Shown: positions 1-13,138, numbered from the stretch's first letter. The stretch is DNA of 64,000 nucleotides from Botryllus schlosseri (GCA_051294905.1 CM119374.1:21700001-21764000), one strand, 5' to 3'. Numbers and translations: made by a program. The notes: generated by a model from the letters alone, not told the origin.

Positions 1-99
1 ATACATGAAGAGGTCAGATTACAGAATTGCAGTAGATGAATAATTGGCAAGGTTGCCGCGGTAAAGATGATTGAAAATTAAGAATCGAAATTGCAGAAA

Positions 100-600
100 T
101 TATGCTGTGAGTTTCGAGTACAAATGCAATTTAGTCCAGTGGTGTATTCTAGGTGTTCCAAAGAATATGCACAGTGCCCAACAAAGTAAATCTTCTTGAT
201 CATGTCGAATCAAACGTTTCCCGGATATTTTCGGATATGTCCCATGAGGTTTTTTCTTACAACCGCTGCCAATGACGATCGGTACAATGTTTTTTTTGCA
301 TCGCCACATTTTCTCACATTCCATTTTGAAATCTGCGTATTTTGATTGCTTTTCGGATTCCGTTTGTAGTACGTTGTGATCAGCAGGGACTGCCAGTTCA
401 ATGAATAAGCATTCTCCTTTCTTTTTTTAGATTTATTATCATATCCGAGCGGTTGCTCCTGATTTCGCGGTCAGTTATAACTGGTACATCCCACAGAATT
501 TTTACTTGGTCGTTTTCTGTCACTGGTGCTGGACTGCAATCATACCATTTTTGTCGAAGTGATGGTGTTAAAGTGGTTGCATAATTCAAGATGAATGTAG
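100..600 (-). mobile_element. 3' fragment of an RLE-type non-LTR retrotransposon ORF (R4/Dong/NeSL-like), frameshifted
   Basis: Minus-strand peptides KWYDCSPAPVTENDQVKILWDVPVITDREIRSNRSDMII (398-589) and ECEKMWRCKKNIVPIVIG (100-324) match the KILWD...TD...NRPD...PIVIG pattern of restriction-like endonuclease domains. Confidence 0.75.
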
Positions 601-789
601 TGACCGTTCCTGTTGTGTCTCCACAATGCCGTTTACTGCGTAGGCCGACTACCGGAAGTTAAAACGTCTCAGGTTTGTTGTAAATGGGGTTCTGATATTA
701 AACGATATATGATCGCATTCTTCATATCTTCTTGTCATCTACGTTATCATTTGTATAGTATCTATCATCAGGTAACTTTAAACTGTGAA

Positions 790-1410
790 CATAACCTATG
801 TTCCACGCGCTATAGGAACTTGATCTTAGCGGAAGTCAATATACTACTTATGAATACGCAATGACGTGAGGTAAAACGATTGTGTTTCCCAATTAAATTT
901 TACCACTCCGTTTCTATTGCGTAGGTATGATGAAGACGGATTGCTCGAATATTAAACGATAAAACCGGTGCTGTTGTCGTAAAATATTTGTTGTTTAAGC
1001 CGAGTTGCAACTGCTGCATTGTCCATCTCCGCACGCGCCACTGATCGGTCGTCAAACCTGTGATTTGTCGGAAGGCAACCGGCATAATAAATACAATTGT
1101 ATGGTATATTCTAACATCACGATGTAGAACACACAAATAGTTACATGACTGTTCAGGTTGTCTGCGCATACTGCGAGTCGTTTCCAATACGGATGGATAG
1201 CAATCATAAAAGTCGCTAGCTCGTTTTGGCTGAGCTGTAACATCAATGAAAGAAAGTTCTCTGCAAATAGCTCTAACTGGTAGCAATAACCGTTAATTCG
1301 ATATCAGTCATAGAAACCCATTTTGAGATCCGCATTCTACATTAATCATGATCATAATCAGCGGTTCTCTCATTATTTCATATATTAAAAGATGCACAAT
1401 GTACAATACG
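790..1410 (+). pseudogene. Highly eroded paralogue of the array gene family
   Basis: One frame with stops gives FYHSVSI, RRIARILNDKTGAVVV (from 934) and VKPVI (1051-1065), against family FRHTCI, RRIPDKTSLAVAV and VKPVI in the same order. A hydrophobic stretch lies near 1330-1400. Confidence 0.35.
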
Positions 1411-1519
1411 ATATAATGAACCGATAGGAGAATGTCGAAACGACCAAAGACGGTAGGCTATATCAATTTACCATACAACTCCGCCTGCTGTTGTTACTAG
1501 TAGGTTTCGCTATGAATGC

Positions 1520-2292
1520 CCGATGTAACAGTGTTCTATTTGTTGATCTTTTGGCTGTCTTTCTTTTGGCCCATCCTTAGCTCTTTCTATTCTCTTCCTT
1601 GTATTCGCAATTCGCATTTCATCAGGTCGCACAGTACGTTAAATTTTTGTTGAAATCACACCTTCTCTAGCAGATTTCTCGGGTTTAGCTATATTCCACG
1701 CAATTTTGAACGATGCGCCTCTAACGGCGTCGGCAATTTTAAAAAGGCCTCGAAATATAGATTGCCGGGCTTGGCATCTAGCTATAGTAACGTTTTCTGA
1801 GATCAGGCGATATGTATGACCCCAGAAGAAACTGTTGTGGTATCATTTTAATCTTCTACGCTTTGTTACAACTGTTCTTCGATAAATATGACACATCGGA
1901 TATCCATTTAGATCGGAGAAAGCAAATTATTGTTCCATGCAGAATTACAAACCCAGTTTTCGCTGTTTAATTTCCCGTTTCTTGTTCTTCTTTCTGTTCA
2001 AACTATTCACGGTTACTGAACACTCTTTAAAAGTTTACTACGCAGCGAGATACTCTTGAACCAGAGTACAGTCGGATACCGATTCAAAACGATAACAATA
2101 ACTCGAGCATATATCAAGAAACCCGAACACATCAAAGAATGAGTAATCAAACGAAACAGAGACGGTGCGATAAGAGAGTTAAGTAGCTGAATTAATATGT
2201 AACAATACGGGGCCAGTAGTAATTGGTTTTATGATGAAAGATGTCGCGGGCCGCAAAATGTACGTCTGCGGGCCGCGGGTTGAGAACCCCTG
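1520..2292 (-). mobile_element. 5' part of a hAT element (SPIN/GTF2IRD2-like transposase remnant)
   Basis: TIR GGTTGAGAACCCCTG ends at 2292. Minus-strand reading gives FSDLNGYPMCH and GASFKIAWNIAKPEKSAREGVI, resembling the ASFxIAxxIAKxxKPFxEGE motif. The other end was not found. Confidence 0.7.
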
Positions 2293-2689
2293 TTCTATGG
2301 GTTTACATTTGGTAATGATGCCTTACGAACAGTGGTGCAGGGGAGGAGGGACGCATTCAAATTGGTACCTCTAAGTACATAATTTCCCTCTGCACGTTGC
2401 AGACCCCTGACTTACTGTACGGGCGGCAAATTAAAGGTACCGTTTGACATTTATGAACTGTCAATTCCGAAACAGTCATATTTGTTGCACAGAAGTAGGA
2501 TTTACTACCATCTTCTCCACTAGAGATAGTAGGCCTATAGGGTATGTAAGTCGTAAAATCTTGTACGGGACGGTTTTCCAGTCATTCTTGTTACGGTCTT
2601 AATATGTAAATGAGCTCGGTAGCTCATCAAAAAGAACCAAACGCAAAATGTCTTTCTGAGAGTCACTCATTTTTTCAGTTTCTCCACGA

Positions 2690-3138
2690 GAAAATGTGCG
2701 AGTACTATATAAGACGTACAGGGAAGCGTGACCAACACTATAATACACGCCATGGCGGAAAACGAACGGAGATATATTTCCAAAGGCGAATTTACAGACT
2801 TTGTTGAGAGAATACGAGACGAGGACCGCATACGCGTTGCCGTGTTGGCAATGTCGTACGCTGTGTTCGTGTGCAGCATATCCGTCGCAAAGCTGCGAAC
2901 CAGTATTGGTGTATTGATTTATAATTTCATGTTCCTGAAATGCTCGAAAGACATTATAAAGTCTTTGATAAGTTCGCTGTCGTTTTTTTTTATATCGGAG
3001 TCTCTCTATTTACAAAATGACATTGTGCCGAAATGTCGATATATTTTGTTTAACTTCTTATTTAAGATTTTAACAGCTGTATTCAATTCCTCCATTGTGC
3101 TATGCCTTTTATCGCAAATCACTGTGAATATGTTTTAA
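2690..3138 (+). pseudogene. C-terminal half of an array paralogue; the NC motif is missing
   Basis: VTNTIIHAM..RRYISKGEFTDFVERIRDEDRIRVAV aligns to VTTMVLKAM..WEYTSKSDFLNFVEKVREEDRQRVAA and is followed by a hydrophobic tail. Upstream ENVRVLYKT (2690, other frame) resembles ENCRTIFKT. Confidence 0.7.
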
Positions 3139-3164
3139 CAGAAGATATACACCTTTTCAAAATA

Positions 3165-4429
3165 GAGTTGCATTTAAAGCAAAAATCAATTTAAAACAAG
3201 CATGTTTAAAACAAGGCCATTGTTTAAAACATGTTTTTTTTTCAATCCATGACGTCATGAATATTGAATTGTGACGTCATAGTTAATTGACATTGACAAT
3301 TGAAAATATAGGGTGAACATAGCTCCTTTGACGAAACATCTGTACTAGTAATGGTGAACATACTATTTTCAGGGTTCCGGCCATTCCATATCGATCTACG
3401 TCGGGTATAGTAATTGTCCGTAGGCTCATACAACATGTTTTGTGGAAAGTATTTACTCAATTATACCATAATTTTATAACTTAAAAAAAATGTGTTCTGG
3501 TTTAAAACGCTGTTTAAAACATGTTTTAAACCAGTGGTTCCCAACCTTTTTATCCTAATTCCCCACTTCCGATATATTCCGAGCCTTCATTCCCCACCTA
3601 AAATCTCTATATCCATATCAACCCATTAAAGTGCGGCTACCTCCAATAAAATTCTTGCAAGACTTTGCTTAGTAATTAGTACGTGCTATTGGGGATTGTT
3701 AAGATCCCCGGAATTGGTCAGTACACAATAGAATTAACGCAGCGGTGAACTGGTAACCGTAAACGCACCTCAGTAAATCTATGTATCTACCCTGACGCGC
3801 AGCCAACAGAAAAATAGGAGGGGTTTGAAAATTTTCCAATTGTTGGGGGGGTAGCACCAATTTACATGCGTAAATGCCGAATATTATCAGATAAACTTCC
3901 TGATGTTGACGAACTCATGCGTGCGGTATGTATATAAGCCGCAGTAAACTACACTTTCTCACAGTACTAAAATAACTGGAAATAACATAAATACGTAATT
4001 TCATTTGTAACGAGTCCGCATGTGCTCTCAATTAGCGAGTCCACGATCTCCCTTGAATACTTGTTTAGCAATATGAGCTCTTATTACAACGAATAGGAAT
4101 TTTTCTATCACTACGTTTCGTGACCGATGATGGTGTACAAATGAATGAAAACATTTCTAGAGATCGCGTGTCGCTATCCAGGCGATTTTTGCTTAATTGG
4201 AGGCAATGATAATATGAATCGCTGAATTGCAAATGAGCTATGAAATATTGGGTCGGCATTTCAACACGATATTTAATAAAGGAGAATGCTACTGTAAATA
4301 TTTTTTCAAACGTGAGTCTATTCTCCACCAGAAATCCCGAAATTCCCACCAGTGGGGAATTCTCCACCGTTTGGGAACCACTGTTTTAAAAAAAGTGTTT
4401 TGAAACACCGTTTGTTTCAAATGCAACCC
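3165..4429. mobile_element. MITE with G(G/A)GTTGCATTT termini and TA flanks, interrupted by a nested hAT element
   Basis: Starts ta-GAGTTGCATTT and ends AAATGCAACCC-ta. The body aligns with the uninterrupted copy at 36911-37271. Confidence 0.8.
3532..4383. mobile_element. Non-autonomous hAT element
   Basis: TIRs CAGTGGTTCCCAA / TTGGGAACCACTG, with flanks TTTTAAAC / TTTTAAAA (7 of 8 match). Confidence 0.85.
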
Positions 4430-4649
4430 TACTTCAAAAGCAAAATTTGAATTTTGTTCGAGTAAATAGAGGATTAGTATCGAATTTCCATATCAATACT
4501 CTCATTTTTATCCATTGATGCGGTCGAATGCCTATGCTGTCGAAAATTGGATACCTCCTGGTATGCATCAATATGATTCAAGCTCTGCACCTTTCGAATA
4601 CCTGAATTTGCAGCTTTTGACAATCCATGCGAACGAATTACGATCGTTT

Positions 4650-4828
4650 TCACAACTAGCCTATACTTACTCACTTGAGTAGATTTAAAGCCAGTCAATT
4701 CTACTTCTACGTCAAGTAGTTTTAAGTGGCTTGTGAAAGAAGTACTTCTACTCGTACTTGAGTAGATTTTTTCGTCGCTACTTTTACTTCTACTTGAGTA
4801 GCTTTCTTGACTACTTTGACCACCTCTG
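4650..4828. mobile_element. Fragment of the GTAGAAGTA/ACTTGAGTA-rich MITE family
   Basis: Ends CTACTTTGACCACCTCTG, the reverse complement of the termini at 5646 and 15561, and shares their internal motifs. Confidence 0.5.
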
Positions 4829-5645
4829 ATTGTATATGGTCTCGTACATTGCAATTTTTTAGATACACGATTTACACCAAGTGAAATTCCATGGCGCACT
4901 TCTGCATTAAATCGCAATTCGAATTCTATACCTGCGTTACGATTATGTGTCTATAATAAAACATTTACTTACAATGTATATGTCAATTGCACATGGAGGA
5001 TTTAAAATTGTAACATGCTGTTGATGCGCTCCGTAAGCGCAAGAGCGGTGACTTACCACTGAAACGTATAGTCGGAAAAGGTGTGGCCAATAGAAAATTT
5101 GAGGTATTCTGTCTATGTGAATGTGATAACTCTGCAATATGCTACAGATGAATCACGTTTACGCAAACATCGGACTCTCCAGGCACATTCAATAAATATT
5201 TTACACTTTCATATTTTAGATCGCTGATCATGATCGCCTGAGATAGAAATACAGGCATGGAATTTAGCTAAGCGGTATTACATCAAATGATAACGGATTG
5301 GTTGCATTGTCATGTTATACATTTTGCTTACATCCAATGAATGGAGTGCGCAATTTTGCTTTTTAACCCATTCAATGCTCGTTTTGCAACGGTTCTGGGT
5401 ACAGTACAACTATGCCGAACCACTGTATATTATTTTGTAGGTAGCAGACTACGCGTAACTCCACCGCGTGTGTGACAAAGAAGCCGGTTGTTATCGAATA
5501 TATCTAAGACATAATATGTTATGGATTAATCGTCTGTGCGACTCAACGTATTTCATATAATTTCATGGAACGTGTATGCATTTCTTTGCGCAAACAATAT
5601 TTCCATTTTAAGCATAAACTAGTTTTTCAGTTGTTTGATTTTCAA

Positions 5646-5778
5646 CAGACGTGGTCAAAGTAGTAGGTGTCACTATTTTTAAGTAACTTGATTACCAGCA
5701 CCAATAGCGGCAGTCGAGTAAACAAACTTACTTGAGTACCCAGAAAAAGTAGAAGTGCTACGTTAACGGCCACCTCTA
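5646..5778. mobile_element. Short hAT-like MITE
   Basis: CAGACGTGG...CCACCTCTA termini, with flanks ATTTTCAA / ATTTTCCA (7 of 8). Confidence 0.7.
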
Positions 5779-5813
5779 ATTTTCCATACATCATGTCGAA
5801 ACACATTATATAC

Positions 5814-5930
5814 TAGGGATGGTGCGAACCCCTTAAAGGTCCAAGTTCGTGTGAACGCGAACCTTTTTGAAAGGTTCTATGTGAACGCGAACGCGAACGT
5901 GAACCTTATGACGTCATTTGACGTCATATA
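5814..5930. mobile_element. TAGGGATG-type transposon end with GTGAACGCGAAC subterminal repeats
   Basis: TAGGGATGGTGCGAACC...GTTCGTGTGAA also occurs at 11013. No partner end was seen. Confidence 0.5.
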
Positions 5931-6291
5931 GCTAATTCTAACTCTACATGTCAGTGAAGTGATATGTAAATGTACAGTACTGTACAGTGTACAGTCCACG
6001 ATACCTAACGACTATACTCAGGTCACATTATGCTATAATGCTGAAGCACTTGCTGACTTTTTGAAATTCACCAAATGTATCAACTGAAGCAATCAAATGC
6101 TATAATAATCCCATAAAATCAATATATTCCGTCGCTTTGCCATTCGACGTGGACTTGTAAGGGAAAATAAGCTTACGCCTCAACGATCGAGGTCAGACCG
6201 GACAATGTATTCGGCTATCTTCTGAATATTGCTACATTGATATTGCGCAGAGTGTGAAACGGGTTTCTAAACTTGCTACCGATATAACACC

Positions 6292-7200
6292 ATGAACAAG
6301 GTATACAGTAGCCAACACTCCAATCGCATAGATTTGGTTTTTATAATACAGTATTGTAATTGATTTGCGAATGGTATGCGGAACGGTTTCATTTTCAAGT
6401 TTCGCAAGTAAAATTCCCCCGTGTCGACCATGGATCTGTGAAGGATTAACAATACCGGCATGTACTTGAAAATTAAACTACCCGTGGTACCGACACTGCA
6501 AAAACACACGCCTCGGTTGATTCCAAGAAATAGTGCATGGTTATCTACCAACCACATTGTTTTAGGTCTTAAAACGAATTCTTTAACCTTGCGAATGAAA
6601 AAAGCTAAGAGAAAGGCACTCGGCGTAGGCAAGTGAGCAATGCACCTTCGGGGTTGCTGTTGCTGTTTGTTTTTCATGATGTTTTTCGACTACAATGATC
6701 ATTTTACACCAGGCCAATATATTTATTATGATTCCACATTTGCCGACTATTAGCTCTGCCCCTTTCTAGGCTTTTTATAAGACACCGCTTGCGCGGATCA
6801 CGTGGCGAGGAGGAGCCTAGATAAACCTCCAACACTGAGGTAGGAGTTCTGGAGTCTACCTCGTAGTGTTCATCGTTGATGCATTGCCAAATAACTCGAA
6901 TCGTACCATGCCGCGGCATAAATGAAACCTTTTCTTTGATTATTAAAAATCGATCGCGGTATGTATGGACGAGAGATTTTTCGTTACAGGAAACAAAATA
7001 ATAGGTATTGTCGGATTCCTGTCATTCCAAGACATCAAAACCGCGGTAATTGTGATGACGATAATAAAAATCATGTTTTGCAGACAATTTACCGTAATTT
7101 CGTCAAAGAAAACTTCGCACCAACAGTGTAGGGGGAAATATAGCGGAGAAACATGCGGGTCCAATTGATCTGCGACTTGCCTACGATTAGGACCGTGCGA
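6292..7200 (+). pseudogene. Eroded divergent paralogue split by a SINE
   Basis: NGFIFKFRK*NSP (from 6382) resembles TFAFTIRKENGEP. HIVLGLKTNSLTL resembles VVLGMECNSKTRSLTI of the 48.6 kb copy. A hydrophobic segment IIGIVGFLSFQDIKTAVIVMTIIKIMF follows the SINE. Confidence 0.45.
6653..6863 (-). mobile_element. tRNA-derived SINE family A, 5'-truncated
   Basis: Aligns with 26726-27001 (GGCGAGGAGGAGCCTAGATAAACCTCCAACACT) and carries a (CAGCAA)-like tail. Confidence 0.8.
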
Positions 7201-8039
7201 CACCTAGATATTACCGACTTTTGTCGGTTTCACGCTGTCGCGTCCGTTACGTGCGAACAATTACCTATATTCCGTTTCATAGAAATATTCTGGTAACTGG
7301 CAGGTATATTAGCTGAGTTTCGCACTTGGCAGTGTACGCTCGGCTAAATGATATGTAAATTGAAGGAATTAATTCCAATATGGGGTTTGTAGTAGGGAGA
7401 AGTATACAAAACTCTGTTGTAAATTTAGTGATTTTTCTCGTGTAAAGTCGTGCGAATTGGTTCGCTGTATATATGCCAGCGCTTTAAGCGGTACGCGGTA
7501 CATGCGAATAATGAGTCACGTATTGTCTGCAAATGCGTAGTAAAATCGCTACCAGTCGGCTATATTTAAAATAAAATGGACGTAGGGTTAGGATAGACTT
7601 TCATTCGAAACACACTAGTTAAAATTTATTTCACTGAGCGGTACTATTTGGTATATACTGGTAATGATGTCCGGTATGCTGGATAATCAAAAAGCCCATG
7701 CATATACACAATTACAATCTTAATAAAAGCTACAATATGAAATCTTAATGTCACTGCATGAAGTAATTTATTTATCATTGCGGTCACATGCAAAGTTATT
7801 CTACAGCCAACCCACATAAGATATCACGCAAGGAGGTTGAGGGAGACAAATCTTTCTTGTCGTACGACCTGCCAAATAGACTTGGATTAGGAAGCGTCTT
7901 CTTGGGAACTTGACAAACGAGTAAGCGTCTATTTTAATGCTTCTAAACGTATATTAGTCATGGTATAACAAGGAATTAGTTGGTTTCCGGCGACGTCCTA
8001 ACAAATGAAATGACTGATGTGGCCGTTCTAGTGTCCGTG

Positions 8040-8424
8040 AATGCTCTCAGAATCGAGAAGTAAAGTCGAAAATGAACCGAGCCCTTTCCCCACGTGATAA
8101 AGTTGACGTTGAAATTAAGCTCCATGTTTGGTAACTCACTTATTTCTAAATGCGTTTCGGGTACGACGCGTAGGAGAGGCGATACAGAGAACAGAATATC
8201 CAAAAACGAAAGGCGGGATTGTTCTTACGCCAGTCAAAAACCAACATTTAATAAGACATTTTCTCAATAACGGACAGAAAAAGCACCATTTCTTGTACTG
8301 CGAGGGTTGCTATACGCCTATATCATTGGTTCCTAATATTTACATACCCGCCGAGCCCTTGTATGCAAATCTGCAAGCCTTCGCCGAACCCCAGATTTTT
8401 GTTGAGTCCCAAAAACACAAATGA
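8040..8424 (+). pseudogene. Eroded paralogue of the array gene family
   Basis: RK*TEPFPHVIKL (GAG at 8079) against RKEQREPFRHTCIEL. After a frameshift, GGIVL...IRHFLNNG against CGIVF...IDKLLGGDG. Confidence 0.4.
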
Positions 8425-8993
8425 ACCACATTAAACATTGAATACATTAGTATAGAATACTGGTGCACAAAATGAACTGTGAATCAGCAAGTGTTAAACG
8501 TACAAAACCATTAAATATGATTTTGACACAGCGCAGAAAGTAAACCTGGAATATTTATTTCAAATCAGTGTAACTTCAGCTGTAGGAGTCTAGTGTATGT
8601 TTTGACCTCAGCCGGACCTCGGGATTGGCTAACCTAAATCCTGAGGCTCCATTGAACCCGACTGAAGCACTGACCTCATATGTTTCTAAGTTTCTGTAGC
8701 CTAAAAAAGTGCTTAGCATAAATAGTTGGGTTATACTAGAGTTTATCATTTCGCACGCCCCTAATATCCGTATAAATCAATGCGAACCTCGATGCTCACA
8801 GTCTTGGACACCCCGATATATATTCATCGCTGTTGGTATGGGTTCATTTTGTATGTACGCCCAGCGCATGGATATGGCACCCATATGAATGTAGGTCCCT
8901 CCAGTAAAATAATTTCATTAGTTCACAAGACGACAAGGTTGGAATTTCCCAGTCAAAAATCAAAACCGAATATAGTCTACTTCAGTCACGACC

Positions 8994-9188
8994 CAATGAT
9001 CCCTCTAATTTTTGACGAGTCTGCGCACACTCACCAACTCACTCCGCAGACGCTTGAAAAACAGTGCGAAACGACTAAAAAAAATGGCATTACAACAAAT
9101 TTTTTTCTGCGCAACTTTGATTTTCTGTGCGCAGAGACCGACTCAGCTCTGCGCATTTGCGCACGTGCGCAGCTTAGAGAGAACATTG
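8994..9188. mobile_element. MITE with CAATG(A/T)TC...GAACATTG termini and TGCGCA repeats
   Basis: A second copy lies at 39986-40170. GTCACG occurs in both flanks. Confidence 0.75.
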
Positions 9189-9399
9189 GTCACGGGTATT
9201 GCAGTTCCAGTTGTTTGATCGCATCAAATGCCATTTTCTGTCTGCGTTCTCACGCAACACTGATGTAATACAGATACTTGAAAAGTAAGACAGCCTGACG
9301 AATGATCGTGGGACATCAGATATAACTTTTGGCCGGATTTATGAAACCAATAGTAATATTTCTAACCCAAATTTACCATACCGACACAAGTTGGAGTGG

Positions 9400-9580
9400 C
9401 AATAAGCCCCTATCAACTGGAGCGCCGACGGTTTCGGTTTCAAATTTCTCGTAACGAACTTGCCATCATATACCAGTCACTGGCTTATAAAATAAACCCC
9501 GCATGGGGTTACACTCATGGCGGCTTTAGGATCTATTTTCGTATGAGCAGGTGTGGAGAATTGAAATCGGATACTTGGTG
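9400..9580 (+). pseudogene. N-terminal fragment related to the 6.3 kb paralogue
   Basis: DNA gacggtttcggtttcaaatttc (9427) against aacggtttcattttcaagtttc (6382), encoding DGFGFKF against NGFIFKF. Confidence 0.3.
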
Positions 9581-10639
9581 AATTTCGGCTCTGAGGTAAT
9601 GTTGTAATCTAGATGATGGCCATTGGCCAATCACCAATCGTAATAAAATATGCAGCTTTAACGTGGGATGACTGCGCGTGTGTGTCTGTAGGTACATGTG
9701 TTTTGATTTTTACGTTTGACGATTGTTAACAGTTACGAGTTTAGGGTTACGTTAAGTGTTTGATGTTTTCAATGCTATGTATATTGTATAGTAACTTAAT
9801 TGTAATATGGAGATATATAATCCTGTTTGCAATGCTTGAAAAGTATGATGCATACTATTATTAACTATAACTCACTTTGTTACGATGCAGGAGACTAGAA
9901 ATCTACATCAGAATTGGTCGTACAGATTCCAATAAGTAACCATATAACCTCTCCGGCGAGAAGTCGATCCCAACCGGAGTTCATAGATTGCATCGGTTGC
10001 GTGATAACGTCGAACAGCTGAGATACTTCAAGATAAGTACTACTATATATGTAGTACGCAGTTTGAACGTGAAACTGTACTACCATTATACTATTTTCGC
10101 GAGACTTACGCCGCTATAGGCAGCAACGAGGTCATTTAGAATGGAATGTAGCCTACTATTAGAATTCCTTCCCACGTGATTTGTTACTTAATCGTGTGCA
10201 TGCTTTGATACGTTAGAAAAAGGTATGGTACGGCATGACTGCACCAATATAGGTATGTCCTAAAGATCAATCAATTTCACATAAAAATTGGATATATTAT
10301 GGTTTCGAAGTGTGTTCATATAGTTCCGTTATGCAACGTAGCGTCCCGGTATAGTTGAAGTGATATAATGCGACCTTATTACCGGAAACGTCATATTGTT
10401 TCAATTTAACCAGAGTATTGCATTGATTCCACCGTGTTTTGCAATGCACCACACCTCTACGGCATTTCGATATTTTTTCCAGACGTAGTGAAACAAAATA
10501 TGATGCTTGACGTTACGACGCCATAATTAAACGTAAATAGTGCGTTTGTCGAATCCATATTTCGAATATAGCGTTCGAAACAACGTAAGCGATTTTTAGA
10601 TTCACCTATATAGCTGGCCAGTGGTGTGTTTGCTCACTG

Positions 10640-10960
10640 ATACATAGATGGAATACAATATAAAAACGTGAAATGTGAAGACGAAGTTTTATTGTTTGAA
10701 TTCCAAGCATTGGGACAAAAATTAGGTTGAGGTATAGATATGCTTACACGATTTACCATTGTCAGCCGTCTGTTGGATACAATATTAATGTGGTCACGTA
10801 CTACGTCACCCGCGACTGTGCTACTCGATTTGATACTGTGAAATTCTATAACAGACAACTGCTTTTTACAAAAGTTTCCGGAACCATCAGAAAATTGTTA
10901 TCATACTGCGCATAGAGTGTACGAATGTCCGATAGAGCGGTCACTTAACTGCTAAATCAA
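10640..10960 (+). pseudogene. Eroded paralogue of the array gene family
   Basis: IHRWN at 10640 (atacatagatggaat against attcatagatggaac in the 54586 gene). In a second frame, EDEVLLFEF, RFTIVSRLLD, PATVL and SENC appear in family order. Confidence 0.55.
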
Positions 10961-11012
10961 TGCAGTAATCGGCGATTAATTTAACGTGTTACATTTCAGT
11001 GCGCCTTGAAAG

Positions 11013-11080
11013 TAGGGATGGTGCAAACCTCTGAAAGGCCCTAGTTCGTGTGAAAGCGATCCTTTTTGAAGCGGATCTTT
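11013..11080. mobile_element. Second TAGGGATG-type transposon end
   Basis: Aligns with 5814-5880. Confidence 0.5.
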
Positions 11081-11089
11081 TCCCAAATC

Positions 11090-11380
11090 AAGGGCATTTA
11101 GATCAGCATGGGCCTCTTTGATGGTGTATGTACAATTTTCCTTTTTTGAGAGTATTTAGTTTGAAATATTACTATAGTGGAGGCAAATTGACTGACTCTA
11201 GTCAACTTTGGATCATTGACTGAATTTTTGACGCTCTTCACAATAACTCCTTCACCTTCCTATGCGTTGACTATTACTTTCACTTGTGGCAGTCTCTCGG
11301 CATAATATTGACAAGCATTCAACCAGCCACCCAAACGAGTAACTACCATAGTTTCTTACTGCTTAATTGGTTCACTTCTT
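11090..11380 (-). mobile_element. hAT transposase fragment
   Basis: VVTRLGGWLNACQYYAERLPQVKVIVN resembles the PVxTRWGxWLxAxxYY motif of hAT transposases. Confidence 0.55.
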
Positions 11381-11914
11381 GAATTGGTACTTTTCATTTA
11401 AAGGATACAACGATATGACTTTATACCTAAAAAATATGACTATATAACTTAAAAAGCTGATTTATAACCTAACCAGGAAAATATGACTTTATATGACTTC
11501 ATAACTTTCCTAATATACCTCATAGGAACGCGGTTTTTGCGTTAAAATTGATTTCACGATTTACAGATGCATAGAAAAAATATTACTTCAATGATTTTAA
11601 TGGCTCTAGCTATGACTGTTGATGAGAGAATTCTCCAATATGAAATTCGAACTATACAAAGAGCAATAACTATAAAATAGAGGCAAATCGCGCCAAGCGA
11701 TGAAAATTATTTTCAGTTTACCAGAGCTCAGATGCTTTCACGCCTCCCAAGGGAGGCACGCCCCCAGTTTGAGAACCACAGGTTTAGCCTATATTGTAAT
11801 TCACCAAGTTTTCTGTTGCGACTGGGAACAGTTTAGCATGGCTGAATTATCTAGTTAGCGATGCACGCATAGGACACCGATGTAAATAGGCTGATTATTT
11901 TATGTTGTGATTGT

Positions 11915-12088
11915 CAGGTTGCAATAACAATGTAATTGACATTGTAATTAGGCAAAATTTTTATCAAATTACAATTACAATTACAATTACACAAAACAGA
12001 AATGCTCCAATTATAATCAGAATTACAATTATATGAAAAACTGTTATTACATTCAGCTCAGTTACAAATCACAATTGATCCAACTCTG
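11915..12088. repeat. MITE-like element with ATTACA repeats
   Basis: CAGGTTG...CAACTCTG ends and an internal (ATTACA)n run. No TSD was seen. Confidence 0.5.
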
Positions 12089-12689
12089 ATGTAAATGATT
12101 GATGGGTTGACCAAGCACAATACGCTGACTACTTAGGCCTACATGTGGTGTGTTTCGTTCTTGCTATTGTGTGATTGTGGGCAAAGCTCAGATCAGAGTG
12201 GTCGGAAGTAGAGATGTAAATAATTGTAACCAGAGATGTTGTAATTTCAGAGGTTCGCGCACAGGACGCGAACGTGTACCTCACGTACCCACCCGGTTGA
12301 AATATTGCTGCGTAGAAGTATACAGGAGGCACCGTACTTTTAGCGCGAGTGGTATATATGAGTTCACATACATGATCTGCTGGTCCTAAATATATAGGTG
12401 AAGTATCACAAACTATTTTCGGATATCTATGCATCACTGGCAGAGATGCAGTTTCCTTAATTTAATGTGGTCACGTACTTTTGACCGTACCGAATAAGAC
12501 GGTACGCGAATACTTTCAAAGCTCAATGAAATATATTTTCAATACTCTCTCATTTTCATTTTTAAAGCACTTCCCATCTTTTACACCACAAACATGGTTT
12601 GTGTAATATATAGCGTTTAAGAATGTATTTTAAACTATTCGGAAGTCCAAATCATATTTATCACGATCTGACTTGTTTACCGCGAAGCG

Positions 12690-13138
12690 ACACGTTTTAC
12701 GAACTGGAGAATGCTAGCTTTGATTCAAAAACACGAAATAATCCATCGTGTAACATGTAACACGCGCTACTTTGTTTCCCACTGCATTCCGTGTACTGTC
12801 AGAGTACCGCAATTCCAATAGCAATCTCCGAGTGCTAAATCTTGTGTTGGGCATTCCGTGGGCAATTTCAGCGGTGCGAAACAACAAGTCTGAACGCGGC
12901 ATGCGCAGACAGTCCGCAAAACGTGATACGCATACATGACAGATTGCTGAACATGAACACGACAACCCGAAACAATGCATTTCTCTTTAGGGAGGCGGTA
13001 TGCACCTGGCCAACATTGCAGAGATGGCAATTATGCATCGATTATGATTCTAAACTTTTGGTCCGACTCGTATCATTGTATGCGGACTTGGATATGGCAT
13101 TTTCAACTTTAAAGTGTCAGTTGAATGTATGCCAGTGA
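12690..13138 (+). pseudogene. Possible eroded paralogue
   Basis: ELENASF, VLGIPWA, RNNKSE, IHDRLL and HLANIAEMAIM occur in family order across frames. Confidence 0.3.

Noticed and set aside
4474-4917. 147-aa Ser-rich ORF
   Set aside because: It is largely translated MITE repeats (GTAGAAGTA motifs).
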